The position numbers were made by a program, and so were the translations under genes. The notes under the pieces are model-generated. The model was not told the DNA's origin, searched no databases, and was given only the letters and a program-made list of their open reading frames with translations. A stretch of 64,000 nt of DNA from the human T2T-CHM13v2.0 reference genome, Homo sapiens, in the NCBI RefSeq assembly GCF_009914755.1, contig NC_060933.1; one strand, written 5' to 3'. Within the stretch, counting starts at the first letter, position 1. Each line of letters opens with the position of its first letter. Below are positions 47,681 to 61,821 of this stretch, one piece after another.

Positions 47681-48999
47681 TTCCCCCCTCCACCACCCAT
47701 TTTAATCCTGGGCTTTGCCTGGCTCCAATTCCTCTCTTATGTAAAGCAATGGATCAGACACACAGCCTTGGGGGATCTGTGAGAACTGAAGGGACTGAGG
47801 CCTCTCTCACACAGAACCCCAAAGCCCTCCCATGCCTCCAGGACCCCCAGCAGGGAAGAACCCCACCTAACTCAGGGCCCAATCAGAGGCAGGGCCAAGG
47901 GTTATCCCTGACCTCAGACTGGTTTTCCCAGGCTAGGGTCTGAGAACCCCGAGCAGCCAGTCCTTCTTCCCATGGGATGTGACTGGGCAGGGCCAGTGAA
48001 GGAACCCAGAGGCATGTTAGTCAAAGTGGGTTTCAGGCTCTGGGTGAGGGGTCCTGCATGGTGAGAAGCTGGGCCCACATCCCACAGAGCCCACAGAACA
48101 GACTCAAACTCAGACACCAACAAGAAGATGCCAAGGCTGGGGAGGGCAGGCCCAGCCCGCAGAGTTCCTGCAAGGACTCTTCCCTGGCTGTGGTTGGAGC
48201 AGCTGCTCAGGAAATCCCTGGCAGCAGAGTGGGCACCCCCTCTGGGCACCAGGAGGAGAGGTGTGCAGGGGGGATTCCGGGTCAGCCATTGGGATTTGAG
48301 ACTCGCCTGGACACCCACATCCACTTCTCTCCCACCAGGAGTTTCTCCCATCAGGGAAGAGGAATGCTCAGATGGGCCCAGAGGCCATGCAGAAAGAAGG
48401 AGGCCTTCCCCGGGGCTGAGAAGGCAGTGATGGGAGGCCGGCCCCAGGCTTGGGGTGTGGGTGGTTTCAATTGGAAAACTTTAATAATAAAAAATTGGAA
48501 GAAAGAATGTAATTCCCTCTACAAAAATATGTCCTCGTGATGCCACGTACCCACCTACACCCACCTGACCCCAGGCACCTCCTTCCACAGCCAGCCACTG
48601 CAAAGGAGGCCAGGGAATGTGTCTTCCTGGTGCCCACAAAGGAGACACAGAGCTGGAGGGCATGGGGACCCAAGGTTCCAGGCTTCGGAAGGGAAAGCAT
48701 CCACAAGCGACCCCACAGTAATGACAGCCTCTGATGGCAGCCCCCACTGGCCAAACTACATCCCCCTGGGCAGAGTGCACCGGGCCTGGCTTCCCTCCAT
48801 GCTGGTTCCAACTCACAGCCGGGGTGAGGCCAGGGCGAGGCCAGGTCCCCCCTTCACGGGGAAGGCTCCCTGGGTGCTTCCCTGGTCAGGGCTGTGCATT
48901 CTTGTCACCAGTCCCTCCCTGACCCCAGTGACTCTGGCTGGGCCTCCACCCCTGCCCAGACCCACCCCACCACAGAAGACCCTGACCTACCATTCACTC

Positions 49000-49568
<569 letters not shown>

Positions 49569-50656
49569 TGAGCAAACTGAGACACAGAGAGGTTCAGCCA
49601 CCTGTGAAGGTTGCACAGCCAGGATCCACCGCCTTTTTGCAGCACCCACCCTCTTCCCAAGGAGTGCCCAGTTCAGCAAGGCAGATGACACCAATCCCAA
49701 CTGGGCAGCCAGGTTTTATGAGGCCAGGACAAACAGCACTGATTTGAAGCCTCGTAGAGGGGTTCAAATCACAGGCCCTGCCACAGGCTGGCCTCAGGAT
49801 CCTGGGGGAGCTGTGGGCATGCTTCTGAGCCGTAGCTCCTCTATCCACCCAAGGGAGCTGGTAGCACTGGCCTTAAGAGTGTGCTGTGAGCCCGGGGGGT
49901 TGCAGCTGGGCATTGAAAGATTCCTACCACCCCACAAATACCACTCTGCCCCTCCAACGGGGGCAACCCCTCATGGCCTGTCTCGGCAGCGTGGAAGTTA
50001 CACTCTATTGCATCACCCCCAGGAAGATGGAGAGAGGCCCCCAGGACCTCATGAGGGTGGTTTTCTGCGTAATGAGATGCCTTGGATATTCCTAGAGGTC
50101 CGAGCCTAGGCCTCTGTCAGCACATCAGTGAATGCAGCCCTGCTGGACAAGCTCAGGAGGACTCCAGGATCCCGAGTGACACATTCCACATCCACACAGG
50201 CAGACCGGGGCCTGCAATTACAGATGGGAGGTCCCAAGGTCCAGGCGGGGGCTCCCACATGTTCCCAGGAAAGCACCAGGCAGGGAGGGTGGTGGGCAGC
50301 AGTTCTGGGCTTTGCTCCTCGCCAGGCCCCATTTCTTCATCTGTAAAATGGGGAGAAAATATTTTCCCTTCCTAACTGCATTGGAAAGACGAGATAAGCA
50401 GCCGACTGGGGAAGGTGGAACTTCCCACTCAAGCAATATTGGGCGAAATAAGTGGGTTCAGAGACTGAGCGGTGGTGCTGGCCCCAGACACTGGTGTGGA
50501 TGCAACACGTCGCAGGACTCAGCCCGTCGAACCCCTGCCTGCCGCTGCACTGATGCCCCCTTCCCCCTCACAGAGCCCTGATGCCCGGCCATCCTGATGG
50601 CGGGAGCTCCCCTAGGCCTCTACAGCCATGGTCCAAACGAACCCTGCACTCCACAC

Positions 50657-50850
50657 CAGAGCTCCTCACCACTGGGGCACCCTGGGCTGCCCTCGGGGCT
50701 GGCACTCTCGGTGGTGGGGGCCGTCCGACACCTGGTAGGATGCTGAGCGGCACCCCCGGCCTCCACCCACTAGACGTTGGTAGCATTCGTTGTGACAACC
50801 AATTTATACTTAAACCTTGCCAATACTGCCCCCAGTGGAGAACCAATGAC
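50657..50850. mobile_element. MER20 DNA transposon relic
   Basis: gtaggatgctgagcggcacccccggcctccacccactagacgttggtagca..gttgtgacaacc...gagaacca. Confidence 0.7.
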
Positions 50851-51334
50851 GGGTAGTCTAGACTGTCCATGTCACCTTCTCTTAGTCCTTCCCCAGACTG
50901 GGACGTCTCACAACCAAGTCCTTGTCCCACCCCACTCTCTACATCCCAGCATCCAGCACCGCCCCCTGCTGAGGGCTCGGCCAATGTTTCCTGAATGAAT
51001 GAGTGGCCCCTGGATGTGAGCATGGGTCACACACCTCACGGTGATTGGTTGGGGGTTTCTCATGAGTAGAGGGACCCCCACATGCCAGGGCTGCGCTGAG
51101 CAGGGATGTCAGTGACTCCCTCTGTGAAGGCGGCCACTTGAGACAGGATTCTAGGAGCCTCTGTCACACCCGGCAGTGCACAGGATGATTCAGAGAGAGG
51201 CTGTCCCAAGGCCTCCCGGCTCACTGGTCGCAGTCTTCCCGGTCCTCCCGCCACCCTCCACACAGCACCACTGCCACCCTCATCCCTGCTGGGCAGGAGA
51301 GGTGGTCGGGAGGGCAGACACAGGGCAGTGGGCG

Positions 51335-52400
51335 AGTCTGATCCGGGTTTTGTGAGGCCTCCCTATAAAGAAAGAATACAAACTTACAAAAACAAAATTA
51401 GGTATGACAGTGAATATTTATTTAGGATGAGGAAAAAAAAAAAGCAAACATACAAAATCCAGAAAACCAACATCGTGTTTTTACGAACGGCCTGCTCCAT
51501 CTCCATAACACTTCTTCTTGAACTTTTTGGCTGCGTACTTTTTATCTATCTCATTGTTTGAGAATTTTACATCACCTGTGATAGAAGGAATAGAAACATA
51601 ATTGCTCTTCCTCCAGCATGGCTGATTGAAATTTGTTTTTTCTTATTTATAATTAGAACACATAGAACAGATGACTTAACACATGTGCACACAGCTTTGC
51701 AGTACAGCTAGAGGTCTGTGTACGTTAAACAACAAGTTCTGATCAATTCTATTTACAAGATTCCTGTTTGCAAAAGGAAGCAGGCCAGGCATAGTGGCTC
51801 CCACCTGTAATGCCAGTACTCTGGGAGCCCAAGGTGGGCGGATCACTTGAGCCCAGGAGTTTAAGACCAGCCTGGCCAACATGGTGAGATCCGGTGTCTA
51901 CAAAAAAAAAAAAAAAAAAAAAAAAAGCTGGATGTGTAGTTCCAGCTACTTAGGAGGCTGAGGCGGAAGGATTGCTTGAGCCTGGGAGGTTGAGGCCGCA
52001 GTGAGCTGTGACTGCCCTACTGCACTGCAGCCTGGGCGACAGAGCAAGTCCCTATATCAAAAAAAAAAAAAAAAAAGAGGAAGCAGCAATGCTGGGTGCA
52101 CATTTATAATTGTATACGATGCATTTATCAACAGACCATTTCTGCTCTGGCGAGGCCCTGATGAGAGCTGAATACTCTGCTTACAAAGGCACACGCCCGA
52201 GGACCGTCAGAGGGTCCACCGGGCGCTTGGGCTCCGTGTGTTTCAGACCAGCCTGGCCAACATGGTGAAATCCGCATCCATGTGCGGTGCAGAGCATGGC
52301 AGGGTGCATTCTCCTCCTCACCGTCTCTCCCAAGCACCTTCAGGTCGTGATGCCGAAGAAACCATCTATGCCCAGGTCTTAATCCATAAAGGTGGCTAAC
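51335..52400. mobile_element. hAT-Tip100 relic (MER115/Zaphod-like) interrupted by an Alu
   Basis: gatccgggttttgtgaggcct...aagaatacaaacttacaaaaacaaaattaggtatgacagtgaatatttatttag; right boundary uncertain. Confidence 0.55.
51783..52077 (+). mobile_element. AluJ
   Basis: Dimer with long middle A run; TSD aggaagca. Confidence 0.88.
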
Positions 52401-52984
52401 AGAGGTCAACGCTATTGAAAGGAAAGTCTAACATCGCTCTTGAAACATTCGCTAGAAATGAGAGGCGTGGCAGGCCCCGCAGGGCGGCACGGGGAAGCCG
52501 CAGGCAGACCAGGAGGCAGAAAGGAGCTAGGGAAAGGCCAAGCCACAGCCTGTGTTGGCTTCCCTGTGAAAGCCGGGCAGAGCAGGGGAGACAGCTTGGG
52601 ACGGGCTGATTTGTCTGATTCTGGGTTCCGGGGCTGTCCCTTGTGGTCTGGTTCTGGGCCTGGGTTGACACTGGGCAGGGAAATATTGGCTGGGGGTACG
52701 GAAGATGAAGGAAGTGGTTTGGAGCAGGGACTCTGGGCAGCAGGGGAGGTGCTAACAGCCCTGGTCAGGAGGCTGGCCCTGTCATCATGACCGCAAGTAC
52801 TCAAACGCAGGATCTAAGGAGGCACAGATCAAGGACGAAGCCAGCAGGAAGGTCAGTGGGGATGAGGGGGACTTGGGGTCTTTCTTCCTCTGCCTCCTTC
52901 CCCTTCCCACACCGGAGGGTAAATTGTGTTCTTCTGTGAAAGTCACAAGAACTCTCAGACACCCAGAGAGTTCACACACAAACA

Positions 52985-53915
52985 CAGGAAAAGACACAAG
53001 TCGTATGACCATCTCAACAGATGCAGCCTAGTGTTTGATGACACTCACTGTCTGTTCTTAAGGAAAAGCTCAGCCCTCTGGGAAGAAAAGACCCATTGTT
53101 AAGCTGATGAAGGCCATCTATGGAAAAAGTCAGAGCTGCCAACAGAGCTAACAGGAAAATGTTGAAAGCTTTCTTTACAAGATTGGCAAGGGGGCAAAGA
53201 ATCCTATTAGTGCCACTGCTATTCAATATCAGCCTGGATGTGGCAGACTGCACAGTGAGTCGGGTAAAGTTTGTGAAGAAGAAAACAAAACTGTCTTTAT
53301 TCACAGATGATATGGTTGTGTATGCAGAAGAGCCTACATAATCCACAGGGAAATTCTGAGGATTCAGAGGAGTTTAGCAAAGTTGTTGGGTTCAAAATCC
53401 ATAGGCAAGATTCCATTTTCTTACTATATATTAGCAACAATGTTGGAAAAATAAAATTTATAAAAAGACATAATAGCACAAAATATCAAGAATCTAAGAA
53501 TAATGTGCAAGGTCACTATACAGAAATGTTATTAGTAGGCATTAAAGATGGTCTAAACAAATGGAGATACCATGTTCATGGATTAGAAGACTCAAAATGA
53601 ATTCTTCCCAAATTAATTAATTTTTTCCAAATTGATTTGTAGAACTAAAGAAATTGCTATCCAAATCCTAACCAGGTTTTTGTGGAACTTAAAATACTTA
53701 CTCTAAAATTTGTGTTGTTTTCGTTTTTGATTTTTTTTTCTTTTTCTTCTTCTTCTTATATTGAGACGGGGTTTCTCTATGTTTTCCATGCTGGTCTCAA
53801 ACTCCTGGGCTCAAGCCATCCACCCGCCTCAGCCTCTCAAAGTGCTTGGATTACAGGCATGAAGCACTTTATCCAGACTAAAATTTGTATGGAAATACAA
53901 ATTCAATTTGACAAA
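52985..53915 (+). mobile_element. Ancient L1M ORF2 (RT-domain) fragment
   Basis: ORF 53120-53341 contains KLSLFTDDMVVYAEEP (L1 FADD motif region); FSKVVGFKI; LNKWRY. Confidence 0.8.
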
Positions 53916-53920
53916 TATTT

Positions 53921-54178
53921 GGCCAGGCATGGTGGCTCATGTCTATAATCCCAGCATGTTGGGAGGCTGAGGCGGGTGGATCACTTGAGGTCAGGAGTTT
54001 GTGACCAGCCTGGCCAACATGGTGATACCCCGTCACTACTAAAAATACAAAAATTAGCCGGAAATCACTTGAACCCAGGAGGCGAAGGCTGCAGTGAGCC
54101 AAGATTGTGCCACTGTACTCCAGCCTGGTCAAGAGAGCGAGACTCCATCTCAAAAAGAAAAAATAATAAATAAAAAAT
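53921..54178 (+). mobile_element. AluS with right-arm deletion (a reverse Alu monomer lies at ~53745-53870)
   Basis: aaattagccg jumps directly to gaaatcacttgaacc. Confidence 0.85.
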
Positions 54179-55879
54179 ATTTATTGAGCCCCTTAGTCCA
54201 GGGACTGCTTCTGCTACTTGGGATGCCTCTAAGAACCCCACCCACAAAGACCCTTCTTCGTAGACCTTAGCAGGAGAGACACACAGTAAAGAGTAAACAC
54301 AATACATAAGCAAAGTACCCAGTATGGCAGGAGGTCATAACTGTTTTGCAAAAAACCAAGACTACAGAGGGGAGGGTCACCAGGACATCTAGGGGCAGAG
54401 GTGGGGTGAGAATCCAACCTTCCACACGGGCCATCTCTGCGACCCATCTCTGTGACCCCAACAAGAGGCCCCTCGCCGGCCATCCTGTTCCAGCTTCTGA
54501 TGTCCTGATGTAGAAGCGGCTCCTCCGCAGCTCTGAGGTGAGAGGCCAAGCCCTCCGTGACCCCAAAAGGCCAGGGCTCCCCAAGTGTTATCCACAAACA
54601 CACCTGTGGGGACTGCAGGCTCCTGCAAGGCGCCCTTGCACAGGTCTCTTGCAGAGCTTCTCCACCCACTCTCTGGGCCCTGACACAGTGGGAGGGTGCC
54701 TGTCCTTACCCCAGCCGGATGTCCCACCACACTCCTGCCTGGGGACTTCTGGCACGCAGGAGAGGCTGGACACGCAGATGCAGAGAGGCTTGCCCCAACG
54801 CCGTTGCCCGTTTTACCTTGAAGTTCGTGGTTCTTTAATTCTTGTTCCAAACTGTGAATCAACCTTTAAAATATATGATATTGAAGTTCTCCTTCAGCCT
54901 CCAGTCTTTCATCAGAGTTAAATCCAGAGATTTCACGAGCAGTAGATAAATTTGCAGTAGAGAAAAGTGCTCCAAAGGTGGGCATGCCTGGCTCCCATTT
55001 GGAGGTGTTTATAAATGCTTTTATGTAGACCCCTCCTAGATGACGAGGAATGGCCTCAGAGCAACCCTGGGAAGGATGAGGAGGGGTCTGGGGACTCCAG
55101 ACGAAATTGCACAGCCGCCTACCGTGTGAGGGGAAACCCATGCTGCTTCTGCCTGGCCTCTAGGATCCGCGTTCAGGGGAAGCCGTGTCCCTGCGGTCAT
55201 GAGACATGATTGTTCAGACCAATGGATGAGGCTGAGCAGAATCATTTCATTTCCCCCGCACTTGCCAAAGGCAGGGACTTTCCTGTTTGTCCCTGCCTGA
55301 TATGCAGGAAGGGCTCAGAACTACTTAAGAACAAATCAATGAACCTATGGCTTTATGGCAAATACCACAGAAACAACCTTAGAAATGGGCTGAGGAGGCT
55401 GTCTGGCCTCTAACAAATGACCTCATCTCTCTGAACCTTAATTTCCTCATCAGTAAAGTGGCAGTGCAGCCCCTCCCTCACAGGACGCTCCCTGGCAGAG
55501 TGCAGCCCTGCCGTGCAGCAGCCGGTATGACCTCGTCCTTGTGATCAGGAGGGCCCTGCTGAACTGTTTCCGCCCCGCAGGTGCCTACGAAGCCCGGGAA
55601 ATGATGTGGCCTTCCTGGAGCCATGCAATGGCTTTGTTGTCACCAGGAAAAGGGCCTGTGGCACCCGCCTGGCCACTCATGTCCTAAATGAGACAGGCCC
55701 TCTTCATCGGCCTCAGTGGCTCATTGAGACGAGGACTTGGGAATTTTGCTGTTTAACAGAGCAACTGAGCACCCAGGTGGCTGCCCCAGCAGACCCTGGA
55801 GACGTTTCAGGAGACCTGGCAGGGACCCAAGCCTCTGCCACTGCACCAGGCCCTGGCCAGAGGGCTGGGCTCAGAGCCC

Positions 55880-56193
55880 TTTATTTTTTTATTTTTATTT
55901 TTTATTTTTTAGAGACACAGTATTGCCCTGTCTCCCAGGCTGGAGCACAGCAGTTGAAACCATACCTCACTGCAGCCTTGATCTCCCAGGCTTAAATGAT
56001 TCTCCTGCCTCAGCCTCCAAGTAGCTGGGACCACAGGCATATGCCACCATGCCAGCCTTATTGTTAAATGTTTTGGGTAGATCCCATCTACCTATGTTGC
56101 TCAGGCTGGTCTTGAACTCCTGGGCTCAAGCGTTCCTCACATCTCAGCCTCTTGAGTAGCTGAGACCACAAGTGTGTGCCACCGCACCTGGCC
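55880..56193 (-). mobile_element. AluJ
   Basis: Reverse Alu; TSD cagagccc. Confidence 0.85.
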
Positions 56194-56982
56194 CCAGAGC
56201 CCCTTTTAAACTGCAACTCACAGTCTCCAAGTTAGACTCACACAGAGAAGATCTAAATATGTGTCTCCTTGAGGAGGCTGAGGAGTGGAGGAGGATGAAC
56301 TCTTACAAAACATCAACCTTTTTAAAAATGTGTTTTCAGTAATTGCTGTTCTGCGCCAAGTTTTATCCTAGTGGGAGTTTCATGTCAGAATTACTAAGTA
56401 GGAGTTCATAACAGAGAAGTTAATCGCCCTTGTGTAGGGGCGAGACACCGAGCGATGATCTCTGTGCCCAGGTAGGTGCTTCCTGGATCCGCACAAGCAC
56501 AGGAGATGGCAGGTGGGGAGTGGGTGGGGGGTTATGAAGGGCAGCCGAGGAGGGGCAGGGGGCAGGGGGAAGCAGGATCTCTGACGGTAGAAGGGAGTGG
56601 TCACTACGTCCCCAACACACCCCCTTCATGTCCCCGCTATAGCCACACACCACGGGGGAAAGGCTCCAGGCCAGCCCCCATCCCCTCAGGACCATGATGC
56701 GGGCATCTGCAGAAACGGGTGGGGGCTGTCTGGCCTGAGAGGCCTAGAGCCAGGAATAGGTGGTTTAGAGCTGCCCTCCTCCTCCAACTTCAGCCCCAAC
56801 CCCCTTCCTCAGCAGCAGATCCCACCTGAGTCTCTCCTAGGCCTGTTCTGGATCCGAAGTGGGTATGAGACATTCACCATCTATTCCTTTGCTCCACCGT
56901 CACCAGAGGCTTTGTGGTACCTTATTTTTGAGAAGAGGCAACATATTCTAGGACTAGGCTGGGAACAAGGGAGAAGTTCGTC

Positions 56983-58015
56983 ATGCATCCCTCCATTTAT
57001 CCATCCATCCATCCATCCATCCATCCATCATCCATTTTCCCACCTACCCACTCATTCCCCATCCAGCTACCCACTCATCCATCCATCCATTTGTCCATTC
57101 ACCTACCAATCCATTTATCTATCTATCCATCCATCCCCATCCATCCATCCATCAATCATTATCGATCCATCTATCCACTCATCCATCTATCCACCTACCA
57201 ATCCATTCATTATCCATTCATTCCTGTCCATCCATCCATGTATCTACCTATCAATCCATTCATTATCCATCCACCTACCAATCCATTCATTATCCATCTA
57301 CCCCATCCATCCATTCACCTACCAATTCTTACATTATCCATCCATCCCCATCCATCCATCCATCCACCCACTCATCCACCTATCAATTCATTCATTATCA
57401 ATCCCTCCCCATCCATCCACCCACCCACTCATCCATTCATCATCCATCTATCCCCATCTACCCATCCACCTACCCATCCATCCATCCACCCATCCATCCA
57501 TCCACCCACCCACCCACCTTTCAATTCATTCATTATCAATCCATCCCCATCCATCTACCCATCCACCCACTCATCCATTCATCATCTATTCCCATCCATC
57601 CACTTACCCATCCATCCATTCACCCCATCTACCCATCCATCTATCCACCCCATCTACCCATCCATCCATCCACCCATCCACCTACCAATGCATTCATTAT
57701 CCATCTATCCACCCACCCACCCATCCATTCATCATCCATCTATCCCCATCCATCCATCAACCCACCCACCCATTCAGCATCCATCTATTCCCATCCATCC
57801 ATCCACCCACTCATCCACCCATCCATCCATCCACCCACCCATCCACTTACCAATTCATTCATTATCCATCCATCCCCATCCATCTATCCCCCCACTCATC
57901 CATCCATCCATTCATCATCCATCTATCTCCATCCATCCATCTGTCCCCACCCATCCACCTACCCATCTACCCACTCATCATCCATCTGCCTACCCATCCA
58001 GCCACCCATCCATTC
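56983..58015. repeat. ~1-kb degenerate (CCAT/CCAC/TCAT)n array
   Basis: Continuous tetranucleotide-derived low-complexity tract. Confidence 0.97.
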
Positions 58016-58140
58016 TTCATCTGGATGGACAAATCTTCATTGAGCACCAATTCTGTGCTGGGCAACAGGAGACAGAGATGCAGGAAACACAATCTCTGCT
58101 CTCAGAGAACATGCTTTCCAGGGACAAGAAGACATGGACA
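58010..58140 (-). mobile_element. L2 3' end
   Basis: acaaatcttcattgagcaccaattctgtgctgggca...ctctgctctcagaga resembles the reverse L2 terminus. Confidence 0.65.
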
Positions 58141-58435
58141 GATGGACAGAAGCACCAGGTGAAGATGCTAGGACATGGCTGATCTGTGGTCCATATCCTG
58201 TTGGGGAAAACTGGGGGCCTGGGGACGTTGGTCTAATGAAGAGAAGACTTGGAGGAACTGGCATATGCTGCTGAGAATGTTTGGTGCCCACCATAATACC
58301 TGGGAGGGGGGAGGGAGGACAGAGGGGTGACCACAGTGAAAATGTGGAGGGATCAGTGGAGTGTAAGCCCAGCCATTGAAGGAATGTTTAGGTGAGGCAC
58401 TGCAGAAGTCAGCTGGACACAATCAGGAGTATAAG

Positions 58436-58625
58436 TGTTAAAGAAAGAGGAAAGAAACACAAAACGCAGCTTTGGGGCTGACATATCTCTGGCCGGAGGG
58501 GAGGTTATCTCGGGGCTGGCATGCCTCTGGTGAGGGAGGGGTTTGGAATGTTTCTGGTCTGAGATGTTATTTGTGGTTTTTGGTCATGCTGACCAGTGCT
58601 TGTCCAAGATGGCAATACTCCTGCT
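58436..58625 (-). mobile_element. MER61-like LTR, heavily internally deleted
   Basis: tgttaaagaaagaggaaagaaacac...gaggttatctcggggctggcatg...gtgcttgtccaagatggcaatactcctgct. Confidence 0.65.
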
Positions 58626-58902
58626 GCTGGTTGGCCACTCGGAATTGTCTTCGTGGAGAGAGAAGACTTTATGGTTATGGGCCACAATATCTAGGGTGTG
58701 GCCATGGGAGAGGAGGGCTGGGGTAGTTTTGAGGTCAAGACCATGAAAGGAGAGCAAGCCAGGGTTTTGCAGGGATCACCCCCTGGAAACGGAAATCACC
58801 AAAAGTTATAAGAAGAGGAGGAGTGCTGGAGAGCGATGCGGTCCTTGAGGGGCGAGCGGGTGTCCATCTCCAGTTACAGCACAGTCAAGGGGATGCTCAA
58901 AG

Positions 58903-59507
58903 TGTTGACAAAAAACAGTCAAACTCTGTAAAATATTTGAAGAGAGTTATTCTGAACCAAACCTGAGTGATCATGGCCCATGATGCAGCCCCTGGGAGGT
59001 CCTGAGAACATATGTCCAAGGTGGTCAGGGTGCAACTTCATTTTACACATTTTAGGGAGACGTGAGACCTCAATCTAATACATTTAAGAAATAAATTGGT
59101 TCAGAAAAGCAAGAGAACTAGAAGGCGGGGGGTGGGTGAGGGGGGACTTCCAGGCTATAGGCAGATTTAAAAATTTTCTGGGTGACAATTGGTTGAGTTG
59201 ATTTAAAGACCTGGGATCAATAGAAAGAAAATGTTTGGGTTAAGATAAAGGATTGTGGAAACCAAAGTTCTTATTTGCAGAGGAAGCCTTCAGGTGGCAG
59301 GCTTCAGAGAGAATAGACTGTAAAATATTTCTTATCAGACTAAAATGTGTTGATGTTAATGCTGGAGCGATAATCATGCAAGTCCGATCCCCACTTCCCA
59401 TCATGGCCTGAACCAGTATTTCAGATTACATTATAAGAGTGCCCTGGCAGAGGAGGAGGTCCATTCAGATGGCTGGGGGGCCCTCAGAATTTTATTTTTG
59501 GTTTACA
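58903..59507 (-). mobile_element. MER4-group solo LTR
   Basis: Reverse strand starts tgtaaaccaaaaataaaattctgagggccccccagccatctgaatggacc; ends ...tttttgtcaaca. Confidence 0.82.
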
Positions 59508-61574
59508 AAAAGTTTAGGATATGGGGGACGTTGCTCATGGCTGGTCAGGAGCTCGAGAGTGGAAGGGTTTGAGAGAACTGGGGATGGGGGGAAGGGGTCT
59601 GAGAAGGGGTTATACAGAGCTGTCTGGGGCAAGGGGTGGCCTGGGGGGACTCGAACTTTCCATACAGAGGGAGAAGCAGCATAATGAGCTTCATCCTGGG
59701 GTCTACAGTGGCAGACAGTGGGGAAAGCAGTGACAGGGAGTTTGCCAGCAAAGGAGGCAGCTTAGGGTGGTCTTACTCAAAGACCCTCCCTGAATGCTGG
59801 GAGCTGGGAAGGGGCTGGTTTTGCCCAAGCACATGGGGTCTCACTTGTCTTCAGGCAATGGTGGCTGCCTGAGGATAGCGGAGGCTCATTGCCCTAGGCC
59901 AAGTGGGAAAACTGCCTCACCCAGAAGGTCACACCCTCCCCCACAACCCAGTGCCTGATTGATGAGGGGAGGGAGAGGAGACACAAAATGGTCCTGGCCT
60001 CAAGGCAGGGACAGCCGTGATGTGCAGTGCTCCTGAACTCCCCTTCATCCAACCAGGCTGAAGCAGTCACAGCCTTGCTCAGCTCTCTGCACCGGCTCTC
60101 TACCCCCACTCTCCTTTCCTAGGAGCACCCCCTCCATAATCACCTCCACAGGAATTCCATCTCAGCTCTGCTTCCAGGAAACCTGACCCAAGACAGAGGT
60201 TGTTGCAAGGGCAGAGGCCACAGGCATCCACGCCAGCCTCTGTGTGTTCAGTCTGTGAGCGGTGCAGCGCTCCCCATGCACTCCTCCTTAAAGCCTACTC
60301 AACCCTGGGGTCTGCAGGCAAGTTCCTTGCGGGTGCCTTCCCTTGTCCTGGCTGCCGCTCTGCTTCCTTTGCAAGCTCCTTCTCGCACCCTTGCGCTGGC
60401 TCCCTCCAGAGGGCTCCATCCCCTGCCCACTGTGCCTTCGTGGGTGGTGCCCAGATCTCTGTCTCCTCTGCCCTGGACCCCTCTGCCCCTGACTGGCAGA
60501 TCTATAGAGTTCAATGCCCCTAGAGGGCTCCACGTCCATCCCACAGGGACCCAGACTCTCATCTTCCTCCTGAGTGTGCTCTCCCCGGAGACCTGGCATT
60601 GGAATTCGCCCTGCCACCTTCTGGTCTCCCCAAGTGGAAACCTGGGCGTCAGTCTGGACGCTTGTCACCAAATTCTGTCCCTTCCACCTTCACATGGCCT
60701 CTCCATCTTCACCGCCTCGGTGTCTATCTCGTCCCGATCACCGTCACCTCTCCTCTGGCGGAGAGCACCAGCATTCCCACTGGTCTCTGCTTTTCCTCAA
60801 ACGCATCTCTGTGTAAATCTCCCCTCAGGATCACTCTGTGGCCCCCACTGCTCTGGGTGGAACCTTCTTTCCAGTGGTGTTTCAGTCCCCTGGGTCTGCC
60901 TCACTCCTCACCACCGTCTTGTGCTTCTGCACTGAGCTCCAGCCAGACCACCGGCCTGCAGCCACCTGGCGCTACCTGTTCCCGTGTGCTTCCTGCCTTT
61001 GCCTGGAGAGAATAACAATCTATGGTCCAAACTCAAGGACAAAAACAAACTGCTTTTTGGCTGTGGTGGCATGAAACCCCAATAAGTCAATGACAATGCT
61101 GCATGCTTCTGAAAGCTGGCCAGTCAGGGACAGCCCCACACTACAGAACAGGCCCAGGCAGCAAGAACTTTGTGCCCCTGAAGTCAGGCTGAACACTCTC
61201 ACTTCTGAAAGCTGGACAATCCTCAATGCCAGGCTTCCCAAGAGACTTAATTTGTTTTGCTCTGAGAGATGGTCCTATAAGCACAGTTCCCCTTTGCTCT
61301 AGTAAGCAAGATACTCAGCTTCAGCACTGACCAGCCTCACAATCCGTCCTCACCAAGTGGAGGGCCCTCCCTCCGGGTTCCTCCACGGCCGTATCTGTCT
61401 CTGTTCATACACCTTACCCTCAGCACTTAGAGACATGGGCTGGCATGGGGGGTGCTGGCGGCAGGGGTGAGAAATAAACTTTCAGCCCTAGATGAGGAGC
61501 CCAAGAGGAGAGCATGCCGTCACCTGGAGTCTCTGGTATGTGCCTGGCACCTGTACTGATTGCATTAACCACTG

Positions 61575-61820
61575 TGATTTTTTAAAAGATGTACTATTTT
61601 GAAATGTATAATACATATGGAGAAGTGTATGAAATATGTACAATTTAAAGATAAGGAAAAATGCATGCCTGTGTGCCCACCACCTAGTGAAGAAATACAA
61701 CCTGGACACCACTTTGGAAGCCTGTCTGTGTTCACCCGTCGCATTCTCCCTCCTCCCCCAGCCCAGGTATCCTCCATCCTTTAGCCATCCCCTGACTTTC
61801 TTTAGTTTCATTGCCTGAAG
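61575..61820 (-). mobile_element. L1ME-like 3' end, truncated by an Alu fragment
   Basis: tattttgaaatgtataatacatatggagaagtgt...cccaccacc..aagaaata pattern. Confidence 0.5.
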
Positions 61821-61821
61821 T

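Noticed and set aside
48058-48540. 160-aa ORF containing KKEAFP, reminiscent of a short stretch of ENPP7
   Set aside because: Only six residues match and there is no flanking similarity or exon structure; treated as chance.
55560-55760. Strong-looking splice acceptor ttccgccccgcag at 55580
   Set aside because: No matching donor or recognisable coding frame; insufficient on its own.
56597-58182. 521-aa and 399-aa ORFs
   Set aside because: His/Pro/Ser/Ile low-complexity translations of the (CCAT)n array, which rarely generates stop codons.
60255-60935. 226-aa Leu/Ser/Pro-rich ORF
   Set aside because: Pyrimidine-rich, probably L2-derived sequence with no recognisable homology.
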